From Leptolyngbyaceae cyanobacterium (lineage in GTDB: Bacteria > Cyanobacteriota > Cyanobacteriia > Phormidesmidales > Phormidesmidaceae), in the NCBI GenBank assembly GCA_965263355.1, contig CBDHHL010000056.1, positions 882,241 to 922,240 of the forward strand: 40,000 nt of DNA, read 5' to 3'. Shown piece by piece: positions 12,001-18,300 of this stretch; the first letter of the stretch is position 1; each line of letters opens with the position of its first letter. A program made the translations under genes and the position numbers. Under the pieces are notes generated by a model. That model searched no databases and was not told the origin of the DNA. It worked only from the letters and a program-made list of their open reading frames with translations.

Positions 12001-13567
12001 CGGGCCCCACTCCCAAACCCCGTAAATGATGGGCCAGCTGATTCGCCAGACTGTTTAACTCTGCATACGTTAGATGCTCCTGGCCAAATTCTATCGCTAA
12101 CTTATCAGGTGTTCGCTTTACTTGAGATTCAAACAATTCATGGACACACAGCCTTTCGGGATAAATTTGCGCCGTGTTATTCCAGTCCACCAATAGCTGA
12201 TGCCGTTCTGCTTGAGTCAGTAATGGCATCTCTCCCACAGGCAACTGCGGTGTTTCTAGAACCGCTTCCAATAACATCGAAAAATGGTTCACCATACGGC
12301 GAACAGTCTCTGCCTTAAACAAATCAACGTTATATTCCCAAATCCCTGTTAACCCCTCTGGGGTTTCTTGCATCGTCAAAGTCAGATCAAACTTCGATGT
12401 GGTCTCTTCAAATTCAAGAGGAGATAGGGTTAGCCCCGGCAGCTCAAGATTACCTTCAGGTGCATTTTGCAGGACAAACATGACCTGAACCAAAGGACTG
12501 TAACTCGGTGAACGCTCCACATTCAGAGCATCCACAACATGAGAGAAGGGCAAATCCTGATGCACATAAGCATCAAGGGTCATCTGACGAACCTGGCGCA
12601 AAAGCTCTTCAAACGTTGAGTTCTCATCAATTTGTAGCCGTAGCGCTAAAGTATTCGCAAAAAAGCCGATGAGAGATTCAAATTCCTTCCGAGTACGGTT
12701 TGCAATCGGAGAACCAATCACCATATCTTTCTGGCCACTGTAACGGCATAGCAGAGTACCGAATACAGCAAGCAGTAACATAAACAGAGTAGTCTTCTGT
12801 TGTTGAGCCAACTGTTTTAAGCGTTGGCTCAAATCCATCCCCAGATTAAACGTAACAGTCTGCCCCTGGCCTGTTTGCACTGCAGGGCGAGGGTGATCGG
12901 TTGGTAGCTCAAGTAAAGTAGGAGCCTCAGTCAACTGGTTGGTCCAATAGTTTAATAATTTGTCAAGGGTCGGTCCTAATAAAAGTTCTCGCTGCCAATC
13001 AGCAAAGTCGCCATATTGAATGGCTAATTCTGGCAAAGTCGGTAATTTGCCTTGGCAGTAAGCTGGATAAAGAACAGAGATTTCCTTCACCATTACGCCA
13101 GTTGACCAAGCATCGGCGATAATATGATGTAACGTGAGCAAGAGTACGTGTTCAGTTGGCTCTAGACGCAGCAACTGAACTCGCACCAAATACGACTGAC
13201 CCAAGTCAAAACCAGTCGTTTCCTCTTCCATCGCCCGTCGCTTCACTTCAGTGGCGGCAGCAGCTGGTTCTAGAGAACTCAAATCAATCAGTGGAAAATC
13301 TAACCAGGCTGTGGGAGAAATAACCTGAACCGCGACATTATCAATAACTTCAATGGTTGTCCGTAGAACTTCATGACGTTCTTGAATGGTCTGGATAGAC
13401 TGCCTCAAAGCCTCAACATTCAGCTCGCCCTGCAGACGAATTACGGAAGAAATATTGTAGGCTGCACTCTCTGGATCCATTTGGTAAAGAATCCAGAGAC
13501 GCTCCTGGGTATACGATAGCGGGTAAATAAAAATTTCTTCCGATAGGGGCGAGACTGTCATGACCAA
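3098..13567 (-). CDS. Trimodular NRPS, (C-A-T)x3 with terminal thioesterase (modules 4-6 of the pathway)
   Basis: 3489-aa ORF. The ORF-track start is TTG at 13567. The first ATG is at 13559-13561, with AAGG 6 nt upstream. Core motifs read: HHxxxD (three times), YTSGSTGQPKG, YKTGDL, IRGFRIELGE, LTPNGKVDR/INR, FFELGGxS, and the TE motifs GWCLGG and GDH. Confidence 0.97.
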   Translation of the reverse strand: MVMTVSPLSEEIFIYPLSYTQERLWILYQMDPESAAYNISSVIRLQGELNVEALRQSIQTIQERHEVLRTTIEVIDNVAVQVISPTAWLDFPLIDLSSLEPAAAATEVKRRAMEEETTGFDLGQSYLVRVQLLRLEPTEHVLLLTLHHIIADAWSTGVMVKEISVLYPAYCQGKLPTLPELAIQYGDFADWQRELLLGPTLDKLLNYWTNQLTEAPTLLELPTDHPRPAVQTGQGQTVTFNLGMDLSQRLKQLAQQQKTTLFMLLLAVFGTLLCRYSGQKDMVIGSPIANRTRKEFESLIGFFANTLALRLQIDENSTFEELLRQVRQMTLDAYVHQDLPFSHVVDALNVERSPSYSPLVQVMFVLQNAPEGNLELPGLTLSPLEFEETTSKFDLTLTMQETPEGLTGIWEYNVDLFKAETVRRMVNHFSMLLEAVLETPQLPVGEMPLLTQAERHQLLVDWNNTAQIYPERLCVHELFESQVKRTPDKLAIEFGQEHLTYAELNSLANQLAHHLRGLGVGPDVLVGISIERSLNMMVGIFGILKAGGAYVPLDPTYPRERSAYILSDSAVSVLVTQESLVAGLPDHQSQVVCLDTDWAAIAAQPTNNPTSGVSLENLVYIIYTSGSTGQPKGVMTPHGALLEISQSLRTEYGINENDRILQFASISFDASAEEIYTGLTCGATLILRTDEFLTSGPGLMQACQQWQLSILDLPTAYWHQLVDELALAVWEIPKLLRLVILGGEKARLEHVRRWHKTIADRWSQNGLDRPLLVNNYGPTEVTIVATSCFLTPPDSDTTQAQEISIGKPIRNVQVYLLNSQLQPVPIGVTGEIHVGGAGLARGYLNRPDITAERFIDNPFDSGRLYKTGDLARYLPDGNLEFLGRIDNQVKIRGFRIELGEIEAAVSAYPRIQQSVAIVREDTPGNQRLVAYFVSSDEQINPNDLRNFLKVQLPNYMMPSAFVQLDGLPLTPNGKVDQRALPLPPTQLENDVSFVAPSNPTEQTTADIFANVLGFDAVSIQQNFFELGGNSLLATQAISRLRQAFQLEIPLRTLFEAPTVMELSLLIDEVLTEELVETAPPIVPIPRDADTPVPLSWAQERLWFLNQLEGPSTTYNMSTALQVQGPLDVDSLNQAFEEIIQRHEVLRTCFQSEDSASPIQVILPTVPFQLQFVDLQGVSPTELETRLQQQITEENQTPFDLSAPPLIRVRLVQQAPEAYLLLIIRHHIVSDAWSDEIIIRELQTLYRAFAQGQPSPLPPLTIQYADFAQWQRQWLRDEVLQQQLDYWRDYLADLPPLLELPTDHPRPAVQTYRGQTYQFTLAQELIQPFKQLAESTGATPFMVMLATFSLLLHRYSGQEDIAVGTPIANRNRTEVEQLIGFFVNTLVLRSQFSNNLSFLDILEQIRQGALGSYGHQDVPFEQVVEALRPERNLSYSPLFQVMFDWESAANRSMDVLGLTMNFVHTNDVTSKFDLTLTMVEEDAKIVGIWEYNTDLFEQATIIRLTQHFETLLAGILANPTANISQFPLLTDAERQQFISWNDTTLSYSPTEGIHQLFEQQVERTPEAIALVSGERTLTYQQLNQQANQLAHELQSVGVGPDAMVGICLERSPDLLISVLAVLKAGGAYLPLESSYPKERIAYMLENAGVTVLISQRSCLDALPASVTHANAPVLLIDDNQQRLEHPAENLSLSTTKDNLAYVIYTSGSTGQPKGVAVAHRSLVNAYFAWEAAYHLREQTSSHLQMASFSFDVFTGDWVRALCSGAKLVLCPREILLESALLYQLMCREAVDCAEFVPAVFRELVSYLDTTEQTLDFMTVLVVASDFWLMGEYQRFRQICGPQTRLINSYGVTEATIDSCYFEAPGDTAMAWPQDMAVPIGRPFSNIQLHVLDQRAQPVPLGVVGELHIGGAGLARGYLHRDDLTAERFIPNPFGEGRLYKTGDLACYRADGNIEFLGRSDNQVKIRGFRIELGELEAVLLGHPQVSGAIVVARDDQPGSSYLAAYVVPTEPALSAKDLRQFLKQTLPAHMVPSAFTFLEKLPLTPNGKVDRRALPTPTVDVSQTADMVVPRTPIEQAIADSFAIVLSQDTQAPLVGAYDSFFELGGHSLLATQVVSRLRQTFQTEIPLRALFEAPTPAELATLIHDTLTGDQEQVAPPIVPIPHVADQPLPLSWAQERLWFLDQLEGPNSTYNMPLAIQLQGPLDIPSLGQALDELVQRHEILRTYFRNHGGTPMQWIEPAVSLDLELVDLQTVEVNEQTRRIQQQLAENAHTPFDLAKAPLLRTVLLKVAAEDHILLATMHHIVADEWSMGILIQELTTLYSAFTQGQSSPLPGLTLQYRDFAHWQRQWLQGDVLQRQLAYWQDYLTDAPALLELPTDYPRPAQQTYRGQQQTFVLSPELCPQLKRLAQTTGTTLFMVLFAAFSLLLHRYSGQDDIVVGTPIANRNRSEIEGLIGFFVNTLALRSQLTDSLTFTDLLEQVRQSALGGYSHQDVPFEQVVEAVQPDRNLSHSPLFQVMFDWHSSSNAALELPGLTMTTLEPETVTAMFDLTLTMTESEAGIEGIWEYSTDLFKPDTIERLTRHFQILLAGILAQPQLQVTQLPLLSQAERQQVLVSWNDTQVTYAQDLCIHQLFEQQVERQPDAIAVVFNGDTLTYQALNAQANQLAHTLQAQGVGSDTLVGIYLERSPALLVSLLAILKVGAAYLPLDIRYPQERIAYMLQDAAVSVLITQKSGLDRLPQQDAQVICLDTHQDIVHAPVGNPVAPVAQDSRAYVIYTSGSTGQPKGVAVAHRSLVNAYFAWEDAYQLKQRTSSHLQMASFSFDVFTGDWVRALCSGAKLVLCPREILLDAEQLYSLICREAVDCAEFVPAVFRQLANYLENSHQNLNFMRVLVVGSDFWSMAEYQKFRRICGEQTRLINSYGVTEATIDSCYFELQGDDNAADVAVPIGRPFANTQLYVLDPAMQPVPVGVTGDLYIGGAGLSLGYLHRPQLTAEKFIRNPFGPGRLYCTGDLARYQADGNVEFLGRRDQQVKLRGFRIELGELEATLQKHPQVREAIAIVRADDPSNKQLVVYVVTSNEDISPISLREFLKEQLPDYMVPNAFVYLDALPLTPNGKINRKALPAPEYQPPSDRLFVAPRNHLELQLSQIWSEVLKVESIGIVDDFFDLGGHSLLAVSLMSRIHEKLGHTLPLVTLFQGATIEQQAMLLQQTIQQGSEPPTWSPLTPLQPQGTLPPLFLIHPGGGSVLNYQKLVSYLGQDRPIYGLEARGFEPGQPADNSIETMAKDYLQVIKTVQPEGPYHLAGWCLGGTIAWEMAQQLTRNGEQPPRLIFMDVNSLMAVDQIPDATDLLAELVGRHLALPSDELNGLNRHLRTMSWEDQLTYIISEAERRNISLSPGFGVEQLNCIVQVQTGHEQAAQTYVPQPYSGELVLLQAKDGVANQADDPTLGWHDLAQQVTFDWVPGDHMSMMRDPQHVKVLAQQLQAYLN
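3101..3874 (-). other. Thioesterase domain with Cys in the nucleophile position
   Basis: aa ~3232-3489: PLFLIHPGGGS, YHLAGWCLGG (Cys3307 codon TGT at 3647-3649, checked base by base), IFMDVN, VPGDHMSMM. Confidence 0.85.
3944..7066 (-). other. NRPS module 6 (C-A-T), Orn-like pocket; paralogue of module 5
   Basis: C: MHHIVADEWS. A: FSFDVFTGDW, CAEFVPAV, LVVGSDFW, NSYGVTEATIDS. The hand-extracted pocket is D-V-G-E-V-G-S-I-D-K. T: FFDLGGHSLLAVS. Confidence 0.85.
4392..4399. repeat. HIP1 palindrome GCGATCGC
   Basis: Exact 8-mer read at these coordinates. Confidence 0.9.
7142..10294 (-). other. NRPS module 5 (C-A-T), Orn-like pocket; paralogue of module 6
   Basis: C: RHHIVSDAWS. A: FSFDVFTGDW, CAEFVPAV, LVVASDFW, NSYGVTEATIDS. 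The hand-extracted pocket is D-V-G-E-V-A-S-I-D-K. T: FFELGGHSLLATQ. Confidence 0.85.
9400..9407. repeat. HIP1 palindrome GCGATCGC
   Basis: Exact 8-mer read at these coordinates. Confidence 0.9.
10370..13528 (-). other. NRPS module 4 (C-A-T), acidic pocket (basic substrate?)
   Basis: C: LHHIIADAWS. A: VYIIYTSGSTGQPKG, FDASAEE, LDLPTAY, VILGGE, NNYGPTEVTIVAT. The hand-extracted pocket is D-A-E-D-I-G-N-I-V-K. T: FFELGGNSLLATQ. Confidence 0.85.
11763..11770. repeat. HIP1 palindrome GCGATCGC
   Basis: Exact 8-mer read at these coordinates. Confidence 0.9.
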
Positions 13568-13597
13568 CCTTTACATTAAAATGAGTTAAAAACTAAG

Positions 13598-14392
13598 TTA
13601 AATTTGAGCTTCGAGCACCATTTCGGGATTTGAACTTTCAATATCAATTGAATTTACTGAGGCAAATTCCTGAGCGAGAAGTGTCAATGGATCTAGAAAA
13701 CTGCGTCGTTGGCCATCACCGTTTTGAGAGAATATCCCATGGTCAGCAAATCGGCTTAGCAAATGCAATTCTGTACAACCAACAATAACTGAATCAACCA
13801 CATACTTTTTTCGTAAATGTTCTACAAAATGGCAGGCAGAACGAATTGATATATCATTAGCCTTAACCTGATATATCATCTCATGAACAGCATCTTGATC
13901 AGCCTTATTTGGGGAAAGGATATAGGGTTCAGCCCTACCCCAAAGTGAGCTTCTCGGAAAGATATCTAACTGACGTGTACCATTGGTACAAAGTAACAAA
14001 TGGGTCGTTTTCCGAACAGCCACCTCACTAAGAATCGTATCAATCAAGCAAATCGTTCGGTCTCGAAGATTAAGGGGAAGCTGGGGCAGCAAATAGTGAC
14101 AGGTGATGCAACAAATGACAATTTTCGAAACCTTTAAATCATGCAAATAATTTAAAGCCTCAATCAGTTTGCTCAGCAAAACATCGTAATTTCCAGTCAG
14201 TAATGCTTGAGTCCGATCGGGAAACGTCGGATCAGAATAGGTGACAACCCTGGGTGCCGCCTGTTCACATTTTCCCCTAAGACCATAGGCATAAATTGTC
14301 TTGAGAAATTCTGCAGAGGCCAAGGGACCCATACCGCCTAAAATACCAAGCAGATCTGCTTCTGATGTTGTTGTCGGCTGTAAATACTTCAC
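13598..14392 (-). CDS. Aspartate/glutamate racemase family protein (McyF-like free amino-acid racemase)
   Basis: 264-aa ORF with a GTG start at 14392 and TAA at 13598-13600. Motifs: LGILGGMGPLASAEF, first Cys motif VICCITCHY (C95), second Cys motif VIVGCTELH (C206). It ends 30 nt upstream of the downstream NRPS start. Confidence 0.85.
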   Translation of the reverse strand: MKYLQPTTTSEADLLGILGGMGPLASAEFLKTIYAYGLRGKCEQAAPRVVTYSDPTFPDRTQALLTGNYDVLLSKLIEALNYLHDLKVSKIVICCITCHYLLPQLPLNLRDRTICLIDTILSEVAVRKTTHLLLCTNGTRQLDIFPRSSLWGRAEPYILSPNKADQDAVHEMIYQVKANDISIRSACHFVEHLRKKYVVDSVIVGCTELHLLSRFADHGIFSQNGDGQRRSFLDPLTLLAQEFASVNSIDIESSNPEMVLEAQI

Positions 14393-14455
14393 ATTAGATC
14401 CGCCAGATAATTTAAACCTTACCCTGCCCAGAACGGTCGTTCTTCCAGTATTGGA

Positions 14456-15271
14456 CTACACACTTTGCATTAACCTAGGCTCTTCTAAAGCATCCTTATG
14501 TAAAGCCTCGATTGCTAGACAATTGCGACTAACTAAAAACTCTGGACGACGATTTTCAGTTTTTACAGGTACATTTTCAACACTGTTGTAGGTAATAATG
14601 ACAATATTGCGAGAAAATGGCGAAATATTATTAGCTGACCCATGAATACAGTTAGGGTGAAACAGTAAAACTGACCCTGGTGCACCAGTAGGCGCAATGA
14701 TGCCATGTTTATGCACTAGTTCCGTCACAGTTTGATGGGGCAGCACATACTTCAGATCAGCACTGACATTTGCCTCCCAGCCGTCACCTCGAGCACCAAC
14801 CTGAATTTTTCCTTCCCGATGGGAATCGGGAATTAGAAATAAAGGCCCATTAAACTGATTCACCTCATCTAGAAAGATAAGAATATTCAAAGCCCTCGGC
14901 GCTAGCATCCCATCTTCTTCGGCCCAAAAGATAAAGTCCTGATGCCAGGGCCAGGAGTCTCCAGAAAAAGAGGCTTTCGTATTAATCTTGAACTGGTAAA
15001 CGTAAACTTGGCTTGCCAAAATTTGAATAGCTGGTTGAACCAATCGAGGCAACCGAGTGAGATCGCTCAAAATGCGATTACGGGCGTGGCTTCCATGGAG
15101 AGCCCGTACGGTTTTTCCACTTTTTTCAAAAACCCGTCCAACGTTGTCTTTTTGGATAAGAGAAGGGATTTCCGATCTGAGTAATTCAATTTCAGCAGAT
15201 GAGAAATAGTTGGACAAAAAAAGATATCCATGCTGCTGATAAAATTTTAAGTCTTCATCAGTTAAAAACAT
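14456..15271 (-). CDS. PhyH-family (phytanoyl-CoA dioxygenase / ectoine-hydroxylase-like) Fe(II)/2OG dioxygenase
   Basis: 271-aa ORF with ATG 15271. The N-terminus LTDEDLKFYQQHGYLFL is PhyH-like. SWPWHQDFIFWAEEDGML resembles the EctD signature FxWHSDFETWHxEDG(M/L)P (HxD = H110/D112). A distal His (FHPNCIHGS) and Arg (SPFSRN) are present. Confidence 0.85.
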   Translation of the reverse strand: MFLTDEDLKFYQQHGYLFLSNYFSSAEIELLRSEIPSLIQKDNVGRVFEKSGKTVRALHGSHARNRILSDLTRLPRLVQPAIQILASQVYVYQFKINTKASFSGDSWPWHQDFIFWAEEDGMLAPRALNILIFLDEVNQFNGPLFLIPDSHREGKIQVGARGDGWEANVSADLKYVLPHQTVTELVHKHGIIAPTGAPGSVLLFHPNCIHGSANNISPFSRNIVIITYNSVENVPVKTENRRPEFLVSRNCLAIEALHKDALEEPRLMQSV

Positions 15272-15383
15272 ACATCTGCCTCTTAGTCGTTAACTTGCAT
15301 GGAATATAAATTGGCTGAACTGCCCCTGAGCAACCTGTCAAATTCCTAAGAAAGTCTTTGACTGCTGAGTATACATAGAAGGG

Positions 15384-18300
15384 CTACGGTTTATCTTTAC
15401 CCCATAATTCCTCCTTAAGATTATCGGGAACAATCAGCGTCCCGTCAGCAGAACGCTGTATTTTCCGTCGTCTCCGCTTTGGAATTAGATTGCTAGTTGT
15501 CGACTCTGTATTCTTTTTACCCTGCTGATGGTCTGCAACTATCTGCGCCAGAGCAGCAACAGTAGGGGATTCAAAAAATGTTCGAAGCGATAGCTCTAAG
15601 CCAAACGTTTGACTTATACGTGCGACAACTTGGGTTGCTTGTAATGAATGTCCTCCCAAGGCAAAAAAGCTATCGTGGATATCAATAGAATCCTGTTTTA
15701 GGATATCGCCCATGATATTTGCCAGACTAATCTCAGTAGGGTTGCGAGGAGGGACAGATAGGGGACGACGTATGGTGAATTCTGGGTCTGGCAAAGCATT
15801 GCGGTCAACCTTGCCACTTGCAGTCAGCGGGAGAGATGTTAACTCCATATAGACAGAAGGAATCAAATGAGCAGGCAACTGCTTGAGTAAATAGGTATTG
15901 AGCTGATCTCGATCAATGCCTTGGGGGGTCTTAGGAACAATGTAAGCCACTAAAACCTGGTTTCCGTCTGGATTAATACGACCAACAATAACAGTCTGAC
16001 CAACGTCTGGATGCTGATGGAGTCTGGATTCAATTTCTCCAGGTTGAACCCGTGTACCTCGAATTTTTAGCTGACCATCCAATCGATCTAAAACTTCTAA
16101 ACTGCCATCTGGCAAGTAACGCCCCTGATCGCCTGTGTAATACAGTAAATCTTCCTGATCGCTGCGGAAAGGATTGGGTACAAAGCAAGGGTTTGAAGTA
16201 GCTGATGTATTGATATAGCCAAATGTTCGAAAGGGTGTACGCACCACAATTTCGCCAATTTCGCCGATGCCACAGGGTTGGTTAACAGCCCTCAATACTA
16301 AATTTTGAGTCTGAGGCAACGGCCACCCTACTGACTGTATGCCTGGTCGCACTTGCTCAGGAATCGGGTAATAGGACTTAACCATGGTTGTTTCCGTAGC
16401 CCCATAAAGATTAATCAGCTTGCCAGATCCTGGGAAAGCTTGCTTCCATTGGCCAATGAGCGTATCCGTTAAAGGTTCACCTGAAAAGAATGTGGCCCGT
16501 AAGGTAGATAGCGTAACGTCATTGGGTGCATTTGAAATCCAGTACTGGGCAACTGTGGGTACTGTATGAATAACAGAAATCTTTTCATTCTCAAGCCATC
16601 TCAAGAGATGTTCACTACTGACCTCATCATCTGGCGGTAAGCAAAGGGTTGCCCCGCTGGTTAGGGGTAAGAAAATATCCCGCAACAGCGCATCAAAGGA
16701 TAATCGAATTAATTGAGCAACCCGATCCCCAGGCCCCACCTGGAAGGTTTCTCGCTGCCAATCAACAAAATGGGCAATTCCTTTATGGGAGCCCATTACC
16801 CCTTTAGGCATTCCAGTACTGCCAGACGTGAAGAAAATATATGCTGGTTGTTCACCATGCACGTGAGGGAGTGACCTATGGATATCATCAACACTGTGAT
16901 TTTCTTGGGGAGAACGCTTGTCCACAGGCTTAATATCTGAGCCAGCCAGTAATTTAATGGATGCTGACAACCAATCCTTGGGAGATTCCGAATCCAGCGC
17001 GATTAGATAACCAACATTAGCTGCTTGCACCATGAGTTGAAGGCGTTGTGTTGGCAAGTTTGGATCAAGCGTCAGCAAGACGGAGCCACTTAGAAGAATG
17101 CCAACAATATGAACAATTAATTCAAAGCACCGATTCCCATAAACCGCTACTACATCTCCTGTCTTAACTCCTGCCTTAATAAGATTCTCTGCCACATGTT
17201 CAGCATAGTTAAATAACTGCTGATAGGTCCAGCTTTGCTCTGCTTGAGTAATAGCAATGTGCTCTGGCTGTTGATTGGACCAACTCCTAATCAGATCCGT
17301 AATAGGAGAAAATTGAGGCTCCTCCAAAGGTAGAACTGGATCAGGTAGCAATGATTTAGTTTTAGGTGTGAGTAAGGAATAGTTCTGAATAGGCTGGTCT
17401 GGCAATAACACAATTTGTTCCAGGAGTGCTTTGAATTGATCCAGGAAAATCTCCATGCGTTCAGCCGAAAAGAGCGAGCGTCGATAAACTAACTCCAGTG
17501 TCAGACCAGTACTTTCATCATCTCTCGGTTCATATACATACAGTGTTATCCAGAACTTAGACTCTAGCTCCGGCATCTCCAGCATTTCAAATTCCAAACC
17601 TTCCATTTCCAGCGCTGTTGCTGTGGGCTGCATCAGGTTTAGCATGACATCAAATATAGGATGACGCTCAAGGGAACGCTCTGGCTGCAGGATTTTTACT
17701 AGTTGTTCGAAGGGCACATCCTGATTGCTATAAGCTGCAAGCGTCACTTCCCGAACATGACTTAATAAGTCTTGGAATGTTGTTATTCCTGACAAATCAA
17801 CACGAATTGGTAGTGTATTAATAAAGAATCCAATCAGATCAGTCGTTCCTGGGTGCTGACGGCCCGCAATCGGTGTCCCTATAATGATGTCAGTCTGATC
17901 GGTCTGACGGGAAAGTAAAAGGTTAAATGCTGCTAACAATGCCATGAAGAGCGTAACATTCTCGCGTTGGCTTAACGCTTTAAGCTTCTGACTAAGAGAT
18001 ACTGACAGCAGACAGGAACACCTTGCCCCTTCGTTGTTTATTTTCTTTAAATTGGTGGAGTCTGTTGGCAACCTCAAAACAGGTAAATCTCCTGACAGGT
18101 GCTGTTTCCAGTAACTCAATTGTGAATCTAGGGTGTCGCTGAGTACATGGCGTTGCCAGTAAGCATAGTCAGCATACTGATTGACTAAGGGAACTAAAGG
18201 AGATATTTGTCGTTGTTGATAAGCACCGTAAAGAGTCACAAATTCTCGAATCAAGATTTCACTTGACCAGCCATCAAAGATGGCATGGTGCAGTGTCAGC

